A stretch of 59,795 bases of DNA from Ancylonema sp. (Eukaryota). Shown here piece by piece: positions 1 through 11,514 of the stretch (its first letter is position 1; each line of letters opens with the position of its first letter). Location: assembly GCA_050230475.1 (NCBI GenBank), contig JBFLGF010000009.1:62001-121795 (forward strand). The letters are read 5' to 3'. The notes below the pieces were generated by a model. It was not told the DNA's origin, did not search any database, and saw only the letters and a list, made by a program, of their open reading frames with translations. The translations under genes were made by a program, and so were the position numbers.

Positions 1-690
1 GCAGACAGGCGATGTTGGAAGCACACTTCACATCGCTCAAACACCTCCCGAACTCGCCTCTGTGACACTTGTCCACAGGGGCCACGTGTTGGTTCGCAGC
101 CTTCCCACGTTGATTCTCATCACGCGAATTAAAAAAATCGGTACGCTCAAAATCTGGAGCTGGTAAATGGAAGAGCTGGTTAAGATGATTGATCGATCTT
201 GCAGGCACACGTTCTTTCCTTTTGATTTGATTGGTCACGAGGGAGCCGGTGGGGTTTTACCTGCAGTTTTTCAAGAGGCAGCTGCACGTTTTCAGTGCAT
301 CCGCCGCCTGAGCTGACGGCAGCGCAATGCTGGCGGTAAGGACTAGTGCAGCACACCCGGATAGGACCCATTTACGGAGCCAGGAATTCCGCTCCTCTTC
401 ATTCACCTCACAAGCGGCAGCTGAGATATTTCGAGGCTCCGAGTCCTCTCTGCTTTGTTTGTCTGCTGTCTCCTGAGAACAAGCCTGCTCTTCTGGCACA
501 TGCCTTGCTGGCAGTCGGCGATTGGCGTTGCACCGTACTCTCATTCCATTTCTGCGGTAGATTACACACGGTATCCTGAGGCCTGCCACCCACAGACATC
601 GTGCGTCAGTGTACTGCGAATCAAGGGCGCTCACCCAATTCCATTAAATATAGTTCTCCTGCAGGGGGCTGTCACGAAATGGTGCCCCAT
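1..690 (-). CDS. VDE: Violaxanthin de-epoxidase, 5' part; gene runs off the left edge
   Basis: The exon ending at 261 encodes a hydrophobic lumen-targeting stretch then AQA-ADALKTCSCLLKNCR. After GT-AG intron 60-260, exon 1-59 continues in phase as GEFGRCLSDVKCASNIACL, matching the Cys-rich N-terminal domain of plant VDE. The start is uncertain: ATG at 690 via a short upstream exon is phase-compatible, and ATG 544 is an alternative. Confidence 0.88.
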
Positions 691-1348
691 GGCAAGGGCT
701 CACCAGTGCAGAGTCTTGAAGGGAGCGCGGAAAGGGTGGAAGCTGAGAGGCGAGATGACACCGCACTCTGGATAATGACATCCATAGAGGACACCATGGC
801 TTATATCTACCTTTCTCGCGGTAATGTTTTGCGGTGACGCAGCGCGTCTACTGCTTCAGTCGACCTTTCACAGGCGGCAGTAGCTTGCATCGTGCCGATC
901 GGTCATCGGCTTCATATGTAGATCCAGACCCCCTCCCGAGCTTTGCGCGCACTCACAAGCGCCAGTTGTTGGATGCCTGTGCCGTGCGTGAGAGTTGTGT
1001 CTAATGTTGCCAGCTCAACTTATCACCATTGCAAAGTGGCGGACACGCGTACTGACGCCGTGGCAGAAATACTGCTGGAAGGGCTACAAGAGTGTCTGAT
1101 ATTTGCGTGGGCTCGCATTACTTGACGGCAAAAAGACAGAAAACGGGCCGACGTACGGACGATGATATATTTTCTTATTTTTTGGGTTTTCAGAGGACGT
1201 GGTTCTACGGTGCGCGTGCACCGTAGATGCGTGGTGAACCTTCTACATCTATATACCGGTACTCCTGGCGAGCATTTCCCGAGCACGGCGGATCGATTCA
1301 ACTTGAACTAGGCGTACATTAGGCAATTGCTCCACGGCCGTATATAAC

Positions 1349-1390
1349 GAAAACTTAAGTTTTCAAAGTGGTAGCGCTACCACTTTGAAA
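1349..1390. repeat. Overlapping perfect palindromes (16 bp and 30 bp)
   Basis: GAAAACTTAAGTTTTC (1349-1364) and TTTCAAAGTGGTAGCGCTACCACTTTGAAA (1361-1390) are each their own reverse complement. Confidence 0.9.
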
Positions 1391-1740
1391 TGACTCATCG
1401 AGTACGGCACGTAGTAGGCTCATCTTTGCGTTCCTCTCGCGAAAGAAATGATTATTTACCGTCCGCGCACATGTGAAATGTTTCATATCAGACGTTAAAT
1501 ACATGTTTACGTCTTGTGATCGGACAACGGGCGTGTCCGACCGGGAGGTTTGAACGAATAACGAATCGAAGTGGAGATCCTAATGTACGACTTTAATGAA
1601 AACGCAAACTTTGAAATATTAGTATACACGAAGTGGTAGCCTCTCCATCGGCACGTTAACCATTGCTAAAACGGGTTTCGACCCGAAGTGGAGCGAAACA
1701 GCCAGAGCACTAATTTTGCTCTAATATTAGCATATTCGGA

Positions 1741-2020
1741 GCATCCTAGTCAATTGGTTCCGGCAGCGTATCGCGGTCACACTTTGGCGTGCGCAGGCTC
1801 AAGCAATTCATGCGCATACGGCTCGTCTTGAAGCTCATCTTTGCTATTTACACTCCTAGCTCGCGTGGTTATCTCAGCTAGGGATCTCATGGCGATTGTG
1901 GGGTCTTCTTATACTTTGGTGCGTTGGTTGTTTGGGTGATAGAGATTTTTATGCTACGGTTCTAAACGCGCGTGAGTTCCCTTGGTAAAATAATTTGTTT
2001 TGGCATTAGTTCACTTGCAT
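1741..2020 (+). mobile_element. Degenerate 3' end of a non-LTR retroelement (CRE/RLE-type-like), copy A
   Basis: Translates as ILVNWFRQRIAVTLWRAQAQAIHAHTARLEA, followed by a T-rich 3' tail. Aligns by eye with the inverted copy at 3011-3378. Confidence 0.55.
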
Positions 2021-3010
2021 AAGAGTTCTAGTTTGAGTTATGTACTCGTTAGGAGCATACTTTATAGTTGCTCCGAACAGTTCATTTACTTTCACCCATT
2101 TAGTGCTCTCCCCTTCTTTTATTACTTTTTATGTGTGTGAGTGTGCTTGCCCTAAGACTACGACGTTTCCCTTCTCTAGCGTCGTAACACTTTGCTAGAA
2201 GAAAAATATTCTTGCATTTTTTCTTTCAGTTTCCCATTTCTCGCAATGGCACAATTCGATGTACGGCAAGGTGACGTACGGCAAGCTAATTTGCAACAAG
2301 ATCAAGCTCGCATTTCTTATTTATAACAATATGGTCAGCATTAAAGCAACCAACTTCATCATCTCCAAAGTAATGTACCTTAGCCACCTCCACTTCCACA
2401 ACATAACCTCAATATCCCTCAACCACCCCCCTTCTCAGGCATTGCTTGCGAGCTTCCTCTTTTCAAACTCAAATTCCTTCACTTCCTCGTCGGAAATCAA
2501 AATACATACAATGATTCTGAAACTCAACTACTCTACGCGGGTAGTCTCCTCACAGGCTCGGCGGGCCACTGGTACTATGCACTGGTGAATCCCCCTACCC
2601 TCCAACTACCACCCTCCTATGACCTTGAGCGCTTTTTCCAGGAACTTGTGGATTTTTTTGGGGGGAGGATCACCCTCGTTCCTTGAACATTCTACGTCAC
2701 GCAGGCACTGTGTTAGAGTTGGCTATTGCTTTCTAGAACATTACCTTTACCTTTTCTCCCCATTGGCAAGACCACCCGATATGCGATATATCTAAATTGT
2801 TTGGTGCTTCATGCATTGACCCGGCATGCGATCTTTGTCCTTGCACACTTACGAGATTTATCGCCATAGTTCCCAAAACAGCATAGTATATAAAGTATGA
2901 TGAAAAGAAGTAGTCTTGAGTATGGGAATCACCAACATCACCTCTCCAAAAAAATGTTTATTATAACCGAACGACGGGATTCCCATCCAATTACGACGAA
3001 TAAATTGTAT

Positions 3011-3378
3011 AATGCAAGTAAACTAATGCCAACAAACGATATAATTATCCAAAGGGAACTCACGCGCGTCTCAAACCATACCATAAAACGGTACCAAACA
3101 AACAACTAGCGCCCAACAAAGACTAAGAAAACTATGCAATCGCCATGAGATCCCCAACAGAGATAATCGCACGAGAGGGGTGTAGATAACGAAGATGAAG
3201 ACGCCTCAAGACGAGCCGTACGCGCATGAATCGCTTGAGCTTGTGCACGCTGAAGTGTGACTGCAACACGCCGCCGAAACCAAGTGCCGAGGACTTTAGT
3301 AGAGAGGGATGATCCGCCGTGGTCGGAAAATGCTCGCCGGGCGCGGTCGCGCAGGAATTCATCTGTTTGAGACAACAC
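3011..3378 (-). mobile_element. Degenerate 3' end of a non-LTR retroelement (CRE/RLE-type-like), copy B
   Basis: ORF 3106..3378 contains LGTWFRRRVAVTLQRAQAQAIHARTARLEA, resembling the C-terminal R-x-x-V-x-LQR helix that follows restriction-like endonuclease domains. Shares 3' UTR motifs with copy A (GGATCTCATGGCGATTG, ACGCGCGTGAGTTCCCTT, TTGGCATTAGTT). Confidence 0.55.
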
Positions 3379-3920
3379 CGTACGTCTCGATGGCGATAGG
3401 AATGGTGGTGTCCCTCGCGGTCACCTCTCTCTACTTCAAATTGTGCTATTTTAGTATTTTCTGCTGAAACAATCCAAGACGTAGCATAAAGTGCACGTGT
3501 CGTCTCATTTTTCAGCACGGGTGCGATAAGATCTTTCGATGCCCCTCCAATGAGATGCACTGCACAATTGAGTCCTGACAGATATTCCTTGTTGGTAAAT
3601 TGTGTCCAATGGACGCTGGCCCTGCAGTGTGCAAGTGTCTAGCTGGCAATGCACTTGGGAGTTGGCGCCAAAGGTCACTTCAGGAGCGGTAGGATTATAG
3701 GACAACGGTACTCGTGCAAAGCGCGCCTAAATACTGAAGAATTCACGTCCCTAGGCATTTCCACGTTTACCTACACCCTAAGTCTTCTCACGGTAACATC
3801 ATCTGCCTGACAAAAGCTCTCAGGGTTTTTCCCAGATTCGACGCAGATCGAAGGCGTTTGTTACTCGTAGGTCAGTAGCGTCTGATATTCCGTATTCGTG
3901 TAAAAGTTGTCAGAGCTGCA

Positions 3921-6900
3921 ATGACGTCTATGGGTGTTGATTACTCTCTTTCTCACGGGTTCCTCTCCGGATCTGAAACGATCTCGCACTCAACGCAGCG
4001 CAGACTCAATGAGCATGGATGTCGTCCCGCGAAGTTGAACAATGCTCCGCAGGTTTTTGCCGGTTTCTTCTCACCCAACAAAAAGCCAATGCCGAAAGCT
4101 AGACCAGTGGTGAAGCCCCTGGTGAAGCCTGTGGTGAAGGCTCCTCGACCCGAATATCAAAGCGCATCACAAAAGGTGTGATACATGAGGGGTCACGGGA
4201 TGGTTTGGAAAGCCAATTATTTTGGAAGCACAAAGGACACTGTCATCTCTGTCTTCCGAGGGTATGCAATACTGCTGAGTCGTAGCACTAAAAGGATCCA
4301 CCAAGTAGAATGATTTTGATGCCTCTGACCCCACCTAATGGAGACAGTTGCACACCATTAGCTTTCGCCATTGCCGCGTATGTGTTCTCCTACCAGCTTA
4401 TACCCCCGTAAACATTCAGGAGTCGGAACGTCAACTCATTGATATATCTGATCTTGCGTTTCTCTGAAATCAGGTATAGCAGGTTCCTAGTGTGGTATGC
4501 TTCATATAGCCCGAAGACGAACAGGATAAGATTGTAAGACGTGGATAAGTAAATCACCTATGGAGGGGGTAGGACTGTAATCTTAGTCTGCACCAGCGGT
4601 GACAGCATGACACAAGTGGATCTGACATGTGGTCTCCGTTTTGAGGGTGCAGAGGCAGACTGTGAAGGGAGCTAACTCCATATTGTCGGGCACAGTATGG
4701 GAAGCGCTGGGAGCGGCAGCGAAGGCAGTAGAGACCGCGCCATTGAGGACCGTGGGAACGGTGGCGGCATACACAGGTATGCACCTCATTTTTGTCGGCA
4801 CTGGTCCAGAAATCGAGGGAAGAAGGCTTTCCTGCAGCGCAGGCTGCGCAGAAGTTGTCGGTGGTGTGCATGCCGCTCAGCTCGATGCACAACAAAAGCT
4901 GTTGGTCCCTGAGTTGGTCTCAGCCATGGCCATGGTTTCAGATCGGGGGTTCAGCTCTCACATCCAATTCATAATGTTTTAGCAATTGCCATGTGGCAAG
5001 CTTTCTTCTGCTGCGGCGATGAGGTTCTCGACTGATACTCGCAAAACCCCCACCCACCCCCTGGATAAACCCCAGGCGTGGCTACTGTTGGCACGTTGAT
5101 GGCCAGCAGCCTGCTGGGGTCCATAGACACGCTTCCCCTGGTGCCGGGAACCATGCAGGCTGTGGGCATGGCATACTGCGGACTCGTCACCTCGTGAGTA
5201 ACTCGGTTATCCGTGACCATCTCTTTTGGAGCCCTTTGGGAGCCCTTTTGGAATCCTTTGGGAGTGCCCTGCAAACAGCCCCACCTGTTGTTTACAGCAG
5301 TCGTTCAAATTCTGGTTCTCCACTTTTGCCTGTGGGTATTGTGGCGCATGGTGCCAGGTGTCATGCCGGGAGTGGTTGGGTTTTGCAGTCGCTACTTCAG
5401 CGGATCAGGTCGCGTGCGGCTGGAGCCCTTGTCGCCCATGCAGGCCCATACTGGAGTTTGTGGACGGCCCCTCCATCAATATGAAAGCGAAGCCGAGGGC
5501 AGAGGTGACTGACTACCCTGGCTTGCTACCCGCCTCTATCAGAGTGGCTGATGAGACTGGATGGGTTTTCTCGTTTTTCGGATGAGGAGAACCTATGGGG
5601 GAGTAGGATTCGTTGAATTGCCACATTTGTGGGGCTCGGTTAAGTCGTCGTGTCGTGATGCAAAACACAGTCGAGCTCTGGTGCAAAGCTCGATCGCACT
5701 CCAGAGTGATGTGGAGGCAGAGATGGGGCAAGGAATGCTTCTCGTTCTTTTGTGAATTGAAAAGCAGAGGGGTTGCCAGCAGCAGCCGAAACTATGTGTG
5801 CAGACACATAGTTTCGGAATCCAGGATTCGGGATTCGGGATTCGAATTTCGGGTTCGGGTTCGGGATTCCATTCGGTTCCAGCTTTCTGAAGAGATTGAG
5901 TCACTAAATTTATTGGAGAATTCTTTTTCCTTCCTTCTGAGTTCGGGTTGGTGGTGTTGATGGAAGAGCGCTGTTGGGTGAGGGGTCCTGTGTGCAGGAA
6001 GTCCAGTTGACGGTGCAAAAAAAAGAATTGGGGATCCAACAGGTACCATCTCGATCCGATCTCATGCGGATTTAAAATAGTTGCACCCAGAATAAATACA
6101 CTCTCTCAGAGCTTCTGAGAAGATCTGAGAAGATCCGAGAAGATCCGAGAAGTGGGGATGCCTTGTTCACATGAGAAAACCGTCTTGACACGGTTGGTTC
6201 TAGGGGTGCGGGAAAGAGGTTATTAGTGAGGCTAGTGGGTAGAGGTGGGGTTTATGAATGGTCCCCCGTGCCCCTTCTTAGAGATTATTAATTTGGGTTT
6301 GTAAACTGAAACCTGGCCTTGAAGGAGTAGGGCTGAGTATTTATCAGAGTTGTCTGTGGGAGTGGAAGCATAGAGGGGGGCTGGAAGGGCTTGTGCCTCC
6401 AGGGGTCACTCTGAGCGGAGCGAAACTGCAACCACACACATACACACACTCAGATGTGGGATTAATGAGCCACGACTGAATCCTGGACTCGGTTGGGCGG
6501 GGGGGGGATGGTCAGTTGGAGCAGCTGCGCGCGGTGGGGACCCAGCTGGGGCGAGTGGTGGCAGAAAAGGAGGCCCTGCAGGCGGTGGCAAAACAGCTGA
6601 GCGCCGAAAGAGACGAGGCCACGGCAGAAGTGAATGCGCTCAAGGTGGCGGTGCACAGCATGACGGAGCGCATGAAGAGCATCGAGGCCATGCTGGAGCG
6701 AGAGGTGAAGGAGCTGCACCACCAAAACGCGGCGCTGGAAGGGCTGGCGCTCTCCTTGGCAACCGAAAGGGATGGGGCCCTCGCCAAGGTGGGCCGCCTC
6801 ACGCCCTTTCGGAACTCGTGTCGGAAAACAGGACGGTGCACTCATGGGGTTACGGGGTTACGGGGTAATGGGGCTTTGGGGTCATGGGGTCATGGGGTCA

Positions 6901-7365
6901 TGGGGTCATGGGGTCATGGGGTCATGGGGTCATGGGGTCATGGGGTCATGGGGTCATGGGGTTATGGGGCAAGTGGAGGGGAGGGGGAGAAGTGGCCCGG
7001 AGTCTGACGCACAGGGAGGGTGTGCGGTGTGGGGATGGGGGTGAGATGGGTCAGGTTGGGGAGGTGGAGGGCCAGCTGGTGGTGGTGTCGCGCGAAAAGG
7101 AGTCCATCGAGGCGCTGGCATGCGATCTCATTCTGGAGCGCGATGAAGCCACGGCTGAAGTGGAGGAGCTGAAGAGGGTAAAACACCACATCGGCACTTC
7201 CACTCTCTCCCTCCCGCATCTCATGTATAAAATATCTACCACATACATGTATGTATGTCAAACGTACGTCATTCTTGCCGTTGGTCAGTGGAGCGTGGGT
7301 GGGAGAGCCCTGCCGATGCTGAGAGCTGTGACGTGGCAAGGAAAGCGATGCTGATGCGCATGCTG

Positions 7366-7397
<32 letters not shown>

Positions 7398-7929
7398 ATG
7401 AACCTGAGTCTGATCGAGGCCACAGGGTCCGCCTCGGGGCTCACTCCCCAGCAGGAGGTGTTCCTGAAGCAGCAAGCCAAGACGGCACGAGGGAAATTCG
7501 TGGACGTCAGCAAGCCTTACGCCCAGCAGGTCAGAGGGGTGTGAAGTGTGAATGTAGGCCAAGGAACTAGCGTATGGTCCAGGGATGCAGTTATGTCTAC
7601 TTGCGGCCGTCTACCTGGATGAGGAATTTGTGTACGCTCCGTGTCACACGTTGCCTCGTGAGGGCGCGCTGGAAGGGGGTTTGTTGGAGTCGGGAAGGAA
7701 GGAATTGGGTGGTAATGAATTCTGATTGGTCGGTTGGTCGGTTGGGTGTTTGCAGAGGGAGCAAGTGGACGAGATGGTGAAGCACTTGGTGGAAGAGTTT
7801 GGGGCGCCCGCGGGTTGGACCTCAGAGTACATCCAAAGATTTTTGGACTCTTCCTCGATGACAAACAAGGCGGTGGGCGGCGGGGTGAAAGTGGACCAAA
7901 ACGCGGAAAAGAAGGCGATGACGTTTTGA
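3921..7929 (+). CDS. Multi-exon protein of unknown function with a C-terminal repetitive coiled coil
   Basis: ATG 3921 ORF; GT-AG exons near 4653-4776 and 4843-4934. Coiled-coil exons at about 6516-6788 and 7054-7177 carry repeated LxxERDEATAEV motifs. Final exons are about 7398-7529 and 7756-7929 (stop). The middle exons are not resolved, so this could be two genes. Confidence 0.55.
5786..6150. mobile_element. Probable non-autonomous DNA element/MITE fragment in an intron
   Basis: Perfect 14-bp hairpin at 5786-5817, then short GGATTCG/GGGTTC repeats, and GAGAAGATC(C/T) repeats at about 6117-6152. No coding potential. Confidence 0.35.
6842..6969 (+). repeat. Intronic tandem repeat (TGGGGTCA)n
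   Basis: About 10 perfect 8-nt units with degenerate flanks. Confidence 0.95.
7367..7394 (+). repeat. (TG)n microsatellite
   Basis: Dinucleotide run directly upstream of a CAG splice acceptor. Confidence 0.9.
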
Positions 7930-9086
7930 AAAGGAGAGGAAAAATTGGGGGGGGGGATGTACATAGGAGCTACGCGGAGCTACGCAAAGTGGGAAAATGG
8001 AACGCGAAATGGAATAGCCATGGAATGCAGTAATGAACGAAGGATTGGGTCGTGGTCCTTTCTTGCGTGGGAAAAGTGCTTCTAGTGAATTTATCTAATT
8101 TTACAGGGATATTATATGCCAAAGACGTTAAAGATTGGTTCGATTAAAGTATAGAGGTATTCTTGGTTGATGGTAAACATATATGCACCAAACAATTTAT
8201 CAAAAATTGTGGCTCTCAAATTTATTTTGCCAACACACGGAACACTAATTAGTAATGTAGAATGGTGTTGAGGACTGCAGCTATGCCAAGATGAAGAAGT
8301 CGGTGACGGTGATATCTGACTCGGCAACAGTGAAGAACAGAAAACCAATTTGGGTGCACAATACACATTCATGTCAATCTGCGTGTGTTGTCACCTCAAT
8401 GAGAAATTCTGGGCCACATGGAAAACGGAACATCTTTGGAACCATCCCTTGATGGAAAACTTGAATCGTGAACCCACACATGACTCTGGCAGAAATTGAA
8501 TGTCCGCACTCAATTATTAAAAAATGTGATCAGTGGCGCACAACAAGTACATATTGTGCTATTATGCCAGATAGGGATCGACAATGCAGACGTTACGATT
8601 ACTCTCTAGACCATAATCGCAAAAGGAAGCGTTAGCCCCCGCTGATCGCAAATCTAATCTCAACGAATGTCGGGGGGCACATGACGGCAAAGTTATTGAC
8701 TTGTAGTTCTGAAGAACTTCACCGTTTCTCTCATGCTCCGTAAATCGAGTTGTACTCGCAATCGTATATACAAACGAAATTCGTTTATGATTTGTCATAG
8801 AACAATGATAAGAACATATGTACAATTTCAAAGCCTAATTATTAGAGAGACTACCAACTCCCCTGATACAACAAACCATATCATTTGCTCCGAATTGCTG
8901 CCCTTTCTAGAGCTTACCTCTCGCATCTAGACCCTTCCCCTCTACCCGCCACAGGCCCACCCTTCGTTATGTACATTGCCGCAATCCAGCAGCCCACATA
9001 TCGATTCCAAAAAAGACTTCACGAAACTATTGTCAAGTCACTCACAAAAGTGAATCCTCTGTTAAACCCTAAAACTTCTCGTCCCG

Positions 9087-11482
9087 TCACGAGAACATGC
9101 TACTGTATCCGCTCGTTACAGCGGATGCTGAGGTGGCCATGATGGGCCGTTGGGATGGCGGCTGGGGTTGGTTGGCCTCTGCTCGCTGCCTCAAAACGAC
9201 CATGTTCTGATAACAAAAAAAACACCAAACCAACTCTCTGTTCGACCGCACAAGGGGAGGGATGAAACCCATACAAGCACGTCACTGAAATGATCATGTG
9301 AGCTTATACACCACCACACAGGCTGTTGCAGCAGTCACTCAAACAACAAAATCTGCAAATCCTCGCTAGAGCGCACGCCAGACGCCCTCGGAAGCTTCCA
9401 AGAAATCAACCAATCAGCAAACACGCCCTCATTAATCACTACAGAAAGAAAAGGGAGAGAGGGGGGGGGAGGGGGGGGGGGGGGGGAGTGAAGCACCTTT
9501 GGGAAAACCATGCCTATGAGGCGCCCGGGGCGTTCATTTGCGTGTGCCAACAGTAAAGTCTGTGACGGCAGCTCGATCACTGCACACTGGCAACCCCAAA
9601 ACCCCAAGGGAGATCCCCCCCCCTCCAGCCCCAAATCAGAACCCAAGGAGCTTTCTGCCGCGGACCAGGTTTCTGCCATCCCGGCAGAAATGGCTCACCA
9701 GCTTCTTTTCTGCCATCTGTGCCAAAAAGTTGTGGTGCTGGATTTGGGGGCGGAACACCAGCACCTCCGCCTTCCCCTGGTACTGACTGCCCCACCCACC
9801 CACACAACGACACCTGTCACAAACTCGGTGCAACCAGCGGCGCTCAAGGGGGGGGGGGGGGTGCCTGTTGGTCATGTGGCTCTGATCGATGAGGCGCACG
9901 ATCGGCATACAATCCGGCCAGTCGCTCGCAATACTGCCGCCCCACTCTCAACAGAGCCTCAATACCAAAAGGGGGCCGGGAGAGGGATGGGTTTTGGGTT
10001 TAAGGTACCCGCTCTGTGCGTTGCTCTGCTGATACGCCTGCCATCCCATCATGTAACAATCGCCACCTGTCATGTCATCTGCCAGCGGGCACCTCATGCA
10101 GAGAGGTTTACGGGATTGTGTCCCTACCGCCATCTTGCAGATCACCACAGGCTGGCCTTGCCGAGCTCCTGCCAGCTGGCCCTACCATCCCAACCACCCG
10201 CCCAGCCCAGCACAGTGAGCTCTCCCATTTATCCATACAGCCCCTCCACCACCACCCCTCCCCCAAACCTCCCACAGCAGCGTGTACTTCCCGTTGCTGT
10301 TCCCCCCCTGAGCCTGTGGCTGAGGTGGCGCTACCCCCGCCCCCCCCTGCGTAGGAGGCGGCTGGGGGGGGAGGGGCTGGTGGGGCACAGGCTGCACCCC
10401 CGGGGTGGGAATCATCATCCCTGATGCGCCTGCCTGCCATCCCAAACAGCAAACCCCCTTTATAACACCCCCCCCCCACTCTCAACAGGTCAATACCAAA
10501 AGGGGGCCGGGAGAGGGATGGGTTTTGGGTTTAAGGTACCCGCTCTGTGCGTTGCTCTGCTGATACGCCTGCCATCATCAATCGCCACCTGTCATGTCAT
10601 CTGCCAGCGGGCACCTCATGCTACGGGATTGTGTCCCTACCGCCATCTTGCAGATCACCACAGGCTGGCCTTGCCGAGCTCCTGCCAGCTGGCCCTACCA
10701 TCCCAACCACCCGCCCAGCCCAGACGTGAGCTCTCCCATTTATCCATACAGCCCCCCCTTCCACCACCACCCCTCCCCCAAACCTCCCAGCAGCGTGTAC
10801 TTCCCGTTGCTGTTCCCCCCCTGAGCCTGTGGAGGTGGCGCTACCCCCCCCCCCCCCTGCGTAGGAGGGGGGGGTCGAGGGGCTGGTGGGGGACAGGCTG
10901 GGGCACCCCTGGGGTGGGGATCATCATCCCTGATGCGCCTGCCTGCCATCCCAAACAGCAAACCCCCTTTATAACAGAGGAATCGGTTATAGAGGAAGGG
11001 TCTCACCCTCATGTTCCCGCTGGGTCTGAGAGGGGTGCGACGGGGCCACAGGGGGGGGGCGCGCTGGGGGGGGGTCGATGATCATGGGGGTGGGGTTGGG
11101 ATCAGGCAGCGGCAGGAGGGGGGGGGATCTCCCCGCCACTGACTGGTTGACAGGTGGCATGGCGTTCCCATTCCCACCCCCAGGCTCCTGCGTACACCAC
11201 ATGCTCCACCCGCCCTCAGTAATGGAGGCCAGCCCGTTTCGGGTGGCTTGAATATCGGTTTGGTCGGTGCTTCTTCTCGTACTCCATAGTTTTATTTAAT
11301 CACCAAAAAAAAAAAAAAAAAATCTCAGGAAAAAAAAAGGGAAAACAAAAGAATGTGTGGTCCAGCACCAGATGCACCAGATGGTGTGTGCTACGTACCT
11401 TCTTGGGCACCACCAAGGCAGGGGGAGCAGGGGGAGCCAAAGGTCTCGCTGCCCACACGGAAACAGGCCAAAAAATATCCGG

Positions 11483-11514
<32 letters not shown>

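Noticed and set aside
6772..7354. ORFs with SWGHGVMG repeats
   Set aside because: Translations of an intronic 8-mer tandem repeat.
9510..11081. Long plus-strand ORFs (304 aa and 187 aa)
   Set aside because: Antisense shadows of GC-rich MED25 exons and introns, with no recognisable motifs.
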